Part shown: piece after piece, positions 37,401-48,300 of the stretch | How positions within the stretch are numbered: the first letter of the stretch is position 1 | Layout of the letters: each line of letters begins with the position of its first letter | Assembly (NCBI RefSeq): GCF_032444005.1 | Contig: NC_091282.1 | Coordinates: 659,432,001-659,496,000, forward strand | Direction of reading: 5' to 3' | Length of the DNA: 64,000 bases | From: Ranitomeya imitator | Lineage: Eukaryota | Notes under the pieces: model-generated | Database searches by the model: none | The model's input: the letters and a program-made list of their open reading frames with translations, nothing else | What the model was told of the DNA's origin: nothing | Program-made: the position numbers and the translations under genes

Positions 37401-40400
37401 ATAAGGTAGGGAAGCAGGAGCAGTGTGCTGCGTCTATACGTAAGGTAGGGGAGCAGTGGCACTGTGCGGCATCTATACATAAGGTAGGGGAGCAGTGGCA
37501 CTGTGCGATGTCTATACGTACGGTAGGGGAGCAGTGGCACTGTGCGTCTATATGTAAGGTAGGGGAGCAGTGGCACTGTGCGTTTATACGTAAGGTAGGG
37601 AGGCAGGGGCACTGTGCGGCGTCTATATGTAAGGTAGGGGAGCAGTGGCACTGTGCGGCGTCTATACGTACGGTAGGGGAGCAGGGGCACTATGCGGCGT
37701 CTATACGTAAGGTAGGGGTGCAGGGGCACTGTGCGGCGTCTATACGTAAGGTAGGGGAGCAGGGGCACTGTGCGGCGTCTATACGTAAGGTAGGGGAGCC
37801 TTGGCACTGTGCGTCATCTATGCGTAAGGTAGGGGAGCAGTGGCACTGTGCGTCATCTATGCGTAAGGTAGGGGAGCAGGGGCACTATGCGGCGTCTATA
37901 CGTAACGTAGGGGAGCAGGGGCACTGTGCAGTACTCGTACAGAATATACTGTATATGGTACTTTTCACACCTGATGTATGAACATACATCGACTGCACAA
38001 TATTAAGTTTATCAACAGCAGAGAAGAAGAAAATAAGCGGCACTCACCCCAGGATAACTGTGAAGATTGTGGTCTTTATTGGAGAAAAATGCAAGTTACA
38101 TCCATCAGGACATCAGGTACAGTGGGGCAAAAAAGTATTTAGTCAGTCAGCAATAGTGCAAGTTCCACCACTTAAAAAGATGAGAGGCGTCTGTAATTTA
38201 CATCATAGGTAGACCTCAACTATGGGAGACAAACTGAGAAAAAAAAATCCAGAAAATCACATTGTCTGTTTTTTTAACATTTTATTTGCATATTATGGTG
38301 GAAAATAAGTATTTGGTCAGAAACAAAATTTCATCTCAATACTTTGTAATATATCCTTTGTTGGCAATGACAGAGGTCAAACGTTTTCTGTAAGTCTTCA
38401 CAAGGTTGCCACACACTGTTGTTGGTATGTTGGCCCATTCCTCCATGCAGATCTCCTCTAGAGCAGTGATGTTTTTGGCTTTTCGCTTGGCAACGCGGAC
38501 TTTCAACTCCCTCCAAAGGTTTTCTATAGGGTTGAGATCTGGAGACTGGCTAGGCCACTCCAAGACCTTGAAATGCTTCTTACGAAGCCACTCCTTCGTT
38601 GCCCTGGCGGTGTGCTTTGGATCATTGTCATGTTGAAAGACCCAGCCACGTTTCATCTTCAATGCCATTGCTGATGGAAGGAGGTTTGCACTCAAAATCT
38701 CACGATACATGGCCCCATTCATTCTTTCATGTACCCGGATCAGTCGTGCTGGCCCCTTTGCAGAGAAACAGCCCCAAAGCATGATGTTTACACCACCATG
38801 CTTTACAGTAGGTATGGTGTTTGATGGATGCAACTCAGTATTCTTTTTCCTCCAAACACGACAAGTTGTGTTTCTACCAAACAGTTCCATTTTGGTTTCA
38901 TCAGACCATAGGACATTCTCCCAAAACGCCTCTGGATCATCCAAATGCTCTCTAGCAAACTTCAGACGGGCCCGGACATGTACTGGCTTAAGCAGTGGGA
39001 CACGTCTGGCACTGCAGGATCTGAGTCCATGGTGGCGTAGTGTGTTACTTATGGTAGGCCTTGTTACATTGGTCCCAGCTCTCTGCAGTTCATTCACTAG
39101 GTCCCCCCGCGTGGTTCTGGGATTTTTGCTCACCGTTCTTGTGATCATTCTGACCCCACGGGGTGGGATTTTGCGTGGAGCCCCAGATCGAGGGAGATTA
39201 TCAGTGGTCTTGTATGTCTTCCATTTTCTAATTATTGCTCCCACTGTTGATTTCTTCACTCCAAGCTGGTTGGCTATTGCAGATTCAGTCTTCCCAGCCT
39301 GGTGCAGGGCTACAATTTTGTTTCTGGTGTCCTTTGACAGCTCTTTGGTCTTCACCATAGTGGAGTTTGGAGTCAGACTGTTTGAGGGTGTGCACAGGTG
39401 TCTTTTTATACTGATAACAAGTTTAAACAGGTGACATTACTACAGGTAATGAGTGGAGGAAAGAGGAGACTCTTAAAGAAGAAGTTACAGGTCTGTGAGA
39501 GCCAGAAATCTTGATTGTTTGTTTCTGACCAAATACTTATTTTCCACCATAATATGCAAATAAAATGTTAAAAAAACAGACAATGTGATTTTCTGGATTT
39601 TTTTTTCTCAGTTTGTCTCCCATAGTTGAGGTCTACCTATGATGTAAATTACAGACGCCTCTCATCTGTTTAAGTGGTGGAACTTGCACTATTGCTGACT
39701 GACTAAATACTTTTTTGCCCCACTGTATATACGAGGGTGCGGTATAGGAGCTTCTTCTCTGCTGTTGATGGATTTCTTGTTGGATATTTATGCAGAGCAC
39801 CGGTTCCCATACTGATTGTGGCGCCTGTATACACAGCTGTCTGCTAATAGTCCTGACTGCTTGGAGACGTTCTACTCTAGTGCCGTTCTACTCTCTGTAT
39901 TTTCACAATATTAAGTTTCACCCCCTATGATTAGATTCAGGAAGGTGTGTGTGTAGACCTCCTCAGGATTGTCCGTGCGTGTATAGGTACAGACCCCACA
40001 AAGGAACGCTGAGTTCTTATCCTCGCCAGAGACTCATTCAGCCAGCACAGAACCATAGACCTGGGCGTGGTACTAACCTTGTGAGTGGGGGGAATCGGCC
40101 ACGTTGCTGTGATCTGGACCTACAACCAGGGATACACTGAGGTTATATCTTCCGTTATCTGTGCAGGGACATCATACATACAGGCACTGCCAATCAATCA
40201 GCACAGGCACCGATTGGTAACGTCTACTCTGTAGTGACAGGACAGCCAATGGAAACGCGCCGTATACAGCAGACATCACCAATCGCACCTGTAAGGTACA
40301 GAGACGCTCAGGCCCCTATGTGTGATGCATCGGTCATGTCTGCCCCTTATCTACAGGTTGTGACTATGGAGGTATATGCTCATACACACCCAACTCCGAA

Positions 40401-40558
40401 ATAGATAATCCCTTTAAGTAAATAATGTGCAGTCACCCCGAGGAAGATGTAATTCATAATATCCCCAGATGTCTCCATATAATGGTGACTTACGTACCAC
40501 GATGCCCCAGGACCAGGGCGACCACCCCGAGGAGAACAGCCAAGATAAGGAGTCTCAT
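34483..40558 (-). CDS. BGLAP: Osteocalcin (bone Gla protein) precursor, 4 exons, 99-100 aa
   Basis: Exons 40558-40498 (signal peptide [20 protein letters not shown]), 40119-40078 ([13 protein letters not shown]), 36194 (or 36197, NAGNAG)-36131 ([22 protein letters not shown], with propeptide cleavage site) and 34615-34483 ([43 protein letters not shown]). Three Gla-position Glu residues and the Cys pair are conserved; phases 1/1/2 match the known gene structure. Confidence 0.96.
34640..36107 (+). mobile_element. L2/CR1-type LINE remnant occupying most of BGLAP intron 3
   Basis: Endonuclease motif [11 protein letters not shown] (about 34705), ORF2 C-terminus ...[10 protein letters not shown]..., (AAT)n tail; internally deleted. 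Confidence 0.75.
35284..35524. mobile_element. Partial PIF/Harbinger-type MITE
   Basis: Similar to the right part of 55047-55468; ends ...CTAGTGTGAAAGTATCC|TTA. Confidence 0.65.
36530..37930. repeat. 39-bp minisatellite in BGLAP intron 2
   Basis: CTATACGTAAGGTAGGGGAGCAGTGGCACTGTGCGGCAT tandem. Confidence 0.95.
38120..39725 (-). mobile_element. Apparently intact, young Tc1 element (1606 bp)
   Basis: TIRs of about 205 bp (CAGTGGGGCAAAAAAGTATTTAGTCAGTCAGC...) differing at one position by my reading, TA on both sides, uninterrupted transposase ORF. Confidence 0.97.
38336..39358 (-). CDS. Tc1-family DD34E transposase, 340 aa, intact
   Basis: Paired-like HTH with GAPRK linker, [15 protein letters not shown] and SPDLNPIE; exactly 34 residues between the second D and E. 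Confidence 0.95.
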   Translation of the reverse strand: MVKTKELSKDTRNKIVALHQAGKTESAIANQLGVKKSTVGAIIRKWKTYKTTDNLPRSGAPRKIPPRGVRMITRTVSKNPRTTRGDLVNELQRAGTNVTRPTISNTLRHHGLRSCSARRVPLLKPVHVRARLKFAREHLDDPEAFWENVLWSDETKMELFGRNTTCRVWRKKNTELHPSNTIPTVKHGGVNIMLWGCFSAKGPARLIRVHERMNGAMYREILSANLLPSAMALKMKRGWVFQHDNDPKHTARATKEWLRKKHFKVLEWPSQSPDLNPIENLWRELKVRVAKRKAKNITALEEICMEEWANIPTTVCGNLVKTYRKRLTSVIANKGYITKY

Positions 40559-40610
40559 GGCGGTGCGACTTCTCTGTACACTGATCGCCCGGAGCCACCG
40601 TACCATGTAC

Positions 40611-40670
40611 TTATACCCCCCATCCCTGGTGGAGGGGCCCGGCTCAGCGCCAGGGGGTTTACAGCATTGG
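40611..40670 (-). promoter_or_regulatory. BGLAP core promoter: TATA-like and CCAAT
   Basis: Minus-strand TATAAG at about 40610-40615 (about 55 nt above the ATG) and CCAAT at 40666-40670. Confidence 0.5.
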
Positions 40671-41329
40671 GCAACTTTACAGCATCCAAATATAAAATCT
40701 GCAAGCTTCTTGGCCAACATCAGCCCTGCGGAGTTAACCCCTACTCTACTGGACATAAATGATCACCAGGCTTCATGGTTGTTGTGGATAAGCCCAATTT
40801 TTACCTTTAAGAGACACCATTGCTTAAAACCAGAGTTGAATCTACAGGTGCCAGACTAGAAAATGTTCCAAACTATCGGACTGAAAATGTTAAATTATTA
40901 CAGGTTCTGATCAGAGTAAGAGAAGAGATCCCTGCACTGAGGGAATAAGACTCCTAAGCTATGGCGGCCATTGTCAAGTCTTTTCCAGATGATGAAGGGT
41001 TAAGAAAGGAGACTAATGCATTATAACCTTATAATAACACGGTCAGAAACCGCATCAGCAACATAGAATTATCCGCTGCTCATCTCCCCTGTTATTAACA
41101 CGAGCGAGGAAACGTTTCCCCCACACCGCAACCGGAGAACTCAACCAGCTGGGGACTCCAGAGCCACGTCCTGTACTGCTGTGTGCCCGGAGGATCACAT
41201 GAGCACGAGGGGGTCATCCTGCACCCCGAGGGTCCTCGTCAGCATTCTGGTGCAGATCTCTACATCACATCTAGCGATAACAACTGCTGTATTCTGAGAA
41301 TTGCAGGAATATTTTCCGCAATAATGTGG

Positions 41330-41950
41330 AGGTGTGGGGATATTTACCGCAGTAGTTGGGGGTGCAGAAATATTTTCTGCTTGGTTCGGGGAGGGGGGTC
41401 TGCAGGGATATTTGCAGCAGTGGTTTTGGGGGGTTGAAGTGCTAGGATTTATTCTGCAGTGGTTTGGGGGTGCAGGGATAATTTCTGCAGTGGTTTGGGA
41501 GGGGTGCAGAGATATACAGTGGGGGAAATAAGTATTTGACCCCTTGCTGATTTTGTAAGTTTGCCCACTGACAAAGACATGAGCAGTCTGTAATTTTAAG
41601 GGTAGGTTAATTCTATCATTGAGAGATAGAATATCAAAAATAAAGTCCAGAAAATCACATTATAAATTATATAAGTTTGCATTTTGCGCGATATTTTCTG
41701 TCGTGCTATGGGGATGCCGATGCTGTTTTCTGCAGTTTAGGGGTGCAGGGATACTTTCCGCAATGAGGTGGTGGTGGGGTGGAGGGGCAGGGATATATTC
41801 AGCAATGGTTTGGTGGGTGAAGTGTGGTTTTGGGGTGAGGAGCTGGGATATTTTTAGGAGTGGTTTGGGGGTGCAGGAATATTTTTTGCCGTGCTATGGG
41901 GGGGTGAAGGTATATTTTTTGCAGTGGCTTGGGGTGCAGGGATATTTTCC
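41330..41950. repeat. Degenerate G-rich tandem repeat with an embedded Tc1 end fragment (41517 to about 41680)
   Basis: Repeated GGGGTGCAGGGATATTTT..GCAGTGGTTT; TA|CAGTGGGGGAAATAAGTATTTG at 41515-41540. Confidence 0.65.
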
Positions 41951-42386
41951 GCTGCTGGGACTGATAGCAGTAAAGTCTCGTCCACATGTCATTGCTGAGG
42001 GGAAGGAGTTCATAGGAGACAGCAGCCACAGACCTTGGTCCGAGAGTGAAACCACAACTTGTTTAGTTACAGACGGAAAGGACCGCAGTGATTTCTAACC
42101 ACAGTAAACAACCATGACCCCCATCATTCACAACTATAACTCCCAATGTACTCTCAGTAGAATGTCCTCACAGTGGTGGCACAGAAGCCCCCTGAGTGTG
42201 CACCACTGAGACCCCAATCCCCCCTCCATCACTGCCATTAGATGGTGAACATTATATTACTATAGGTTTATTCTAAACTGCTGGAAACGGGGTGAGAAAG
42301 AAAAAAAAACTTTATTGACACAGAAAACAATAAAGTCAATGTCTCACAATATGGAGAAAAACTCAGGAGAATCGGAGCCGTGATAA

Positions 42387-45300
42387 TCAGATCCCATCCC
42401 TGGAGCCGTGAAGGGAGAGGAGCAGATCCCGTTGTGACTGGCTCAGACTCTAAAAGAAGAAGACAAGGACTAAATATCGTACTGCTGGGAGTTGTAGTAC
42501 TTGTGTTAAAGAATCTCTCCTCCTTAATTACCTGCCAGACCTGCTGCCGCCTCTGGATCTCTTTCTGCATCTCCTCTATCTTCTCCCTCCCGGCCAGGAC
42601 GGACTGCGCCAGCCGTGCGTTCTCCTGCCGCTTCTCCTTTAAGAGCCTGCGCAGGTATTCCCGCTGCTTGAGGAGGTACGGCACCAGGTGGCTGCGCACA
42701 TCCTCCTCTGGGATCCCACTAGGACGCCTGAAGGTGGGGGGGACTAGAATTGTAACAAACCCTCAGCTGTGAGGTCTGTGCAAAGTCATGAAGACCTCGG
42801 CACTCACCACTGCAGCTCAATGTTATCTCCAGCCTCTCGCTCCAGGCTGTCAAGAGAATCTAGCAGAACCTCCAGCTTTCCATCCTCCCTAAGCTCCAGG
42901 ATCTCTGCCTGAAAATGGAAGAGATTTGTAGACTGGTGCTCCTGGGTCCGGACACTGCCCCCCAGAGGCTCTGCAAGATACATACATTGATGAAGGAGTG
43001 CAGCTGGGTCATAAACTGCTCGTAGATGCTCCGGGTCATCTCCGGTCCCATCTTGTACAACCTGCGGTAACAGTTGGCGAATCTCTGATAACTGCAGAAA
43101 AAGGGAAGAAGTGTCACCAAAAGATAGCTTCGTACTTCAGTCATCCGCACATCTACCCGGAAACATATACTGCCAGCACTTTTCTAGGCATCACCTACTA
43201 AAAACTGGGCTGTAAGAGCACTGCTGGGTGTCACCTACTAATAGCCGGGCTGTAAGAGGACTGCTAGGCATCACCTAACACTCGGACTGTAAGAGCACTG
43301 CTAGGCATCACCTACTAACAGCCGGGCTATAAGAGCATTGCTATGCATGACCTACTAACAACCAGGCTTAAAGAGCACTGCTGGGTGTCACCTACTAATA
43401 GCCGGGCTGTAAGAGCACTGCTAGGCATCACCTAACGCTCGGACTGTAAGAGCACTGCTGGGCGTCACCTACTAACAGCCGGGCTGTAAGAGCACTGCTA
43501 GGCATCCAAAAAAGAAGAAAAAAAAAGTAGTTAGCACTCACCAAGCCCGTTGCTGTAAAAGTCTTTATTAGGACATGGACAGGGAGAACATGAAGGTCCA
43601 GGGATGACAGCTGTTTGCGCTTCCACAGATCCCGATCGGGCTTGGTGAGTGCTAACTACTTTTTTTCTTCTTTTTTGGATGTAATGCACTCCCTTGGTTA
43701 TGCACCCCTAGTGCCCATGCAATTGAGTAGGAGGTAAAGGCATTGGTACAGCATTTTACAGCACGCAGATAGGTGATCGCGTAGGCAGCAGTGCGGGTAT
43801 ACCTTTTTCTTCTCAGTGGACGCACTGCTAGGCCTCACCTACTAACAGTTGGGCTGAAAGAGCACTGCTAGGCATCACCTACTAACAGCCGTACTTTAAG
43901 AGCACCTCTAGGTGTCACTTACTGCAGCTAGGCAGTAAGGGCACCTCTAGATGTCACTAACCAAAAGCCAGGCATTAATAGCACTGCTAAGTGTCACCTC
44001 CTAATAGCAGGGCAGTAACAGCACTGCTAGCAGTTACCTACAAACAGCCAGGCAATAAGAGCACTGCTAGGCAACACCTACCAACAGACAGTAAAAGCAC
44101 CGGTGGGCATCGCCTACCAGAAGCCGGGCAAAAAGAGCACTGCTGGACAGCCCCTACCTACAGCCAGGAAGTAAGAGCACTGCAAGTCATCACCTACCAT
44201 CAGCCAGGCAATAAGAGTACTGCTGGGTGTTACCAGCAATGCTGGGCGTCACCCACCAACAGCCGGACAGTAAGAAGCACTGCTAGGAGTCCACATACCA
44301 ACAGCCAGTTCATAAGAGCACTGGTAAGCATCACCTACTAACAGCAAGGCAGTAAATACACTTCAGGGTGTTACCTACCAACAACCAAGCAGTCAAAGCA
44401 CTGCTGTAAGTCTTCTACCAGAAGCTGGGCACTAAGACCACTGCTAGGAGGCAGCAAATAACAGGGCAATAAGTGCACTGCTAGATGGCGCCTAATAACA
44501 GCATGGCAGTAAGAACTATTGGGCAATAAGAGCACTGCTTGGCATCACCAACTAACTGCCTGTGAGAAGCACTGCAGGCAGCACCTACCAACAGCTGGGA
44601 AGTAAGAGGTCTGATAGACATCACCTACTAATATCTGAGCAGTAAGAGCAATGCTGGGTGTAACCTATCAATAGACTGGCAGAAAAAGAGAACTGCTAGT
44701 CACTTACCAACAACCGGGCAGTAAGAGCACTGCTGGGCATCACCTACTGAAAGCCAGGTAAGAGCACAGCTAGGCGTCACCTACTAACAGCCGGGCTGTA
44801 AGAGCATTGCTATGCATCACATACTAACAGCCAGGCTGTAAGAGCACTGCGAGACATCACCTACTAACAGTCGGGCTACAAGAGCATTGCTAAGCATCAC
44901 CTACTAAAGGCCAGGCAGTAAGAGCAAAGCTAGGAGTCACATACTAACAGCCGGACGGTAAGAAGCACTGCTAGGCGGCACCTAGCCACAATCGGGCAGT
45001 AAGAGCACTGCTGACTGCACCTCCCAACAGCCGGGCAGTAAAAGCACTGATGCCCGGCAGTAATAGCACTGCTAGAAGTCACCTACCAACAGCCAGTCCC
45101 TAAGTAACAGCCAGACAGTAATAGCACTGCTGAGAGTCACCCACAAACAGTTGGGCAGTAAGAGCACTGTTAGGCTTCACCTTCTAATAACCGGACAATA
45201 AGCGTGCTGCTGGGGGTCTCCTACTAACAGGCGGACATTAACAGCACAGCTAGGAGTCACTTACCAACAGTCAGTCCGTAAGAAAACTGCTAAGCGTCAC

Positions 45301-48300
45301 CTACTAACATAGCACTGTTGGGCATCAGCTACCAGCAGCCGAGCATAGAGAGAACTGCTAGGCGGCACAAAATAAAAAATGGGCAGTAAGAGTACTGCTA
45401 GACGTCACCTACCAACAGCCAAACAGTAAAACGCCGCTGGACATCGCCTACCAGCAGCAGGGCAGTAAGAGCAGTGCTGGACATCGCCTACCAGCAGCCG
45501 GGCAGTAAGAGCATTGCTGGACATCACCTACCAGCAGCCGGGCAGTAAGAGCAGTGCTGGACGTCACCTACCAGCAGCCGGGCAGTAAGAGCAGTGCTGG
45601 ACGTCGCCTACCAGCAGCCGGGCAGTAAGAGCAGTGCTGGACATCGCCTACCAGCAGGAGCAGTGCTGGACGTCACTTACCAGCAGCCGGGCAGTAAGAG
45701 CAGTGCTGGACATCGCCTACCAGCAGCCGGACCAGTAAGAGCAGTGCTGGACGTCACCTACCAGCAGCCGGGTAGTAAGAGCAGTGCTGGACGTCGCCTA
45801 CCAGCAGCCGGGCAGTAAGAGCAGTGCTGGATGTCGCCTACCAGCAGCCGGGCAGTAAGAGCATTGCTGGACATCACCTACCAGCAGCCGGGCAGTAAGA
45901 GCAGTGCTGGACGTCACCTACCAGCAGCCGGGCAGTAAGAGCAGTGCTGGACGTCACCTACCAGCAGCCGGGCAGTAAGAGCAGTGCTGGACGTCACCTA
46001 CCAGCAGGAGCAGTGCTGGACGTCACCTACCAGCAGGAGCAGTGCTGGACATCGCCTACCAGCAGCCGGGCAGTAAGAGCAGTGCTGGACGTCGCCTACC
46101 AGCAGCCGGGCAGTAAGAGCAGTGCTGGACGTCACCTACCAGCAGCCAGGCAGTATGAGCAGTGCTAGACGTCGCCTACCAGCAGCCGGGCAGTAAGAGC
46201 AGTGCTAGACGTCGCCTACCAGCAGCCGGACCAGTAAGAGCAGTGCTGGACGTCGCCTACCAGCAGCCGGGCAGTAAGAGCAGTGCTGGACATCGCCTAC
46301 GAGCAGCCGGGCAGTAAGAGCAGTGCTGGACGTCGCCTACCAGCAGCCGGGCAGTAAGAGCAGTGCTAGACGTCGCCTACCAGCAGCCGGGCAGTAAGAG
46401 CAGTGCTGGACGTCACCTACCAGCAGCCGGGCAGTAAGAGCAGTGCTGGACGTCACCTACCAGCAGCCGGGCAGTAAGAGCAGTGCTGGACATCGCCTAC
46501 CAGCAGGAGCAGTGCTGGACGTCACCTACCAGCAGCCGGGCAGTAAGAGCAGTGCTGGACATCACCTACCAGCAGCCGGACCAGTAAGAGCAGTGCTGGA
46601 CGTCACCTACCAGCAGCCGGGCAGTAAGAGCAGTGCTGGACGTCGCCTACCAGCAGCCGGGCAGTAAGAGCAGTGCTGGACATCACCTACCAGCAGCCGG
46701 GCAGTAAGAGCAGTGCTGGACGTCACCTACCAGCAGCCGGGCAGTAAGAGCAGTGCTGGACGTCGCCTACCAGCAGCCGGGCAGTAAGAGCAGTGCTGGA
46801 CATCGCCTACCAGCAGGAGCAGTGCTGGACGTCACCTACCAGCAGCCGGGCAGTAAGAGCAGTGCTGGACATCGCCTACCAGCAGCCGGACCAGTAAGAG
46901 CAGTGCTGGACGTCACCTACCAGCAGCCGGGCAGTAAGAGCAGTGCTGGACGTCGCCTACCAGCAGCCGGGCAGTAAGAGCAGTGCTGGACGTCGCCTAC
47001 CAGCAGCCGGGCAGTAAGAGCAGTGCTGGACGTCGCCTACCAGCAGGAGCAGTGCTGGACGTCACTTACCAGCAGCCGGGCAGTACGAGCAGTGCTGGAC
47101 ATCGCCTACCAGCAGCCGGACCAGTAAGAGCAGTGCTGGACGTCACCTACCAGCAGCCGGGCAGTAAGAGCAGTGCTGGACGTCGCCTACCAGCAGCCGG
47201 GCAGTAAGAGCAGTGCTGGATGTCGCCTACCAGCAGCCGGGCAGTAAGAGCATTGCTGGACATCACCTACCAGCAGCCGGGCAGTAAGAGCAGTGCTGGA
47301 CGTCACCTACCAGCAGCCGGGCAGTAAGAGCAGTGCTGGACGTCACCTACCAGCAGCCGGGCAGTAAGAGCAGTGCTGGACGTCACCTACCAGCAGGAGC
47401 AGTGCTGGACGTCACCTACCAGCAGGAGCAGTGCTGGACGTCACCTACCAGCAGGAGCAGTGCTGGACATCGCCTACCAGCAGCCGGGCAGTAAGAGCAG
47501 TGCTGGACGTCGCCTACCAGCAGCCGGGCAGTAAGAGCAGTGCTGGACGTCGCCTACCAGCAGCCGGGCAGTAAGAGCAGTGCTGGACATCGCCTACCAG
47601 CAGCCGGGCAGTAAGAGCAGTGCTGGACGTCGCCTACCAGCAGCAGGGCAGTATGAGCAGTGCTAGACGTCGCCTACCAGCAGCCGGGCAGTAAGAGCAG
47701 TGCTGGACGTCGCCTACCAGCAGCAGGGCAGTATGAGCAGTGCTGGACGTCACCTACCAGCAGGAGCAGTGCTGGACGTCACCTACCAGCAGGAGCAGTG
47801 CTGGACATCGCCTACCAGCAGCCGGGCAGTAAGAGCAGTGCTGGACGTCGCCTACCAGCAGCCGGGCAGTAAGAGCAGTGCTGGACATCGCCTACCAGCA
47901 GCCGGGCAGTAAGAGCAGTGCTGGACATCGCCTACCAGCAGCCGGGCAGTAAGAGCAGTGCTGGACGTCGCCTACCAGCAGCAGGGCAGTATGAGCAGTG
48001 CTAGACGTCGCCTACCAGCAGCCGGGCAGTAAGAGCAGTGCTAGACGTCGCCTACCAGCAGCCGGGCAGTAAGAGCAGTGCTGGATGTCACCTACCAGCA
48101 GCCGGACCAGTAAGAGCAGTGCTAGACGTCGCCTACCAGCAGCCGGGCAGTAAGAGCAGTGCTGGACATCGCCTACCAGCAGCCGGGCAGTAAGAGCAGT
48201 GCTGGACATCGCCTACGAGCAGCCGGGCAGTAAGAGCAGTGCTGGACGTCACCTACCAGCAGCCGGGCAGTAAGAGCAGTGCTGGACATCGCCTACCAGC

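Noticed and set aside
36437-37981. Repetitive Cys/Arg-rich ORFs on both strands
   Set aside because: 39-bp minisatellite; ORFs in several frames are a by-product of the unit length.
40560-41000. RUNX2 OSE2 site in the BGLAP promoter
   Set aside because: No exact AACCACA seen in the proximal region; only near matches.
43560-43640. Hammerhead ribozyme in the Penelope-like remnants (also 38011-39903)
   Set aside because: The core CUGANGA...GAAA could not be found intact on either strand.
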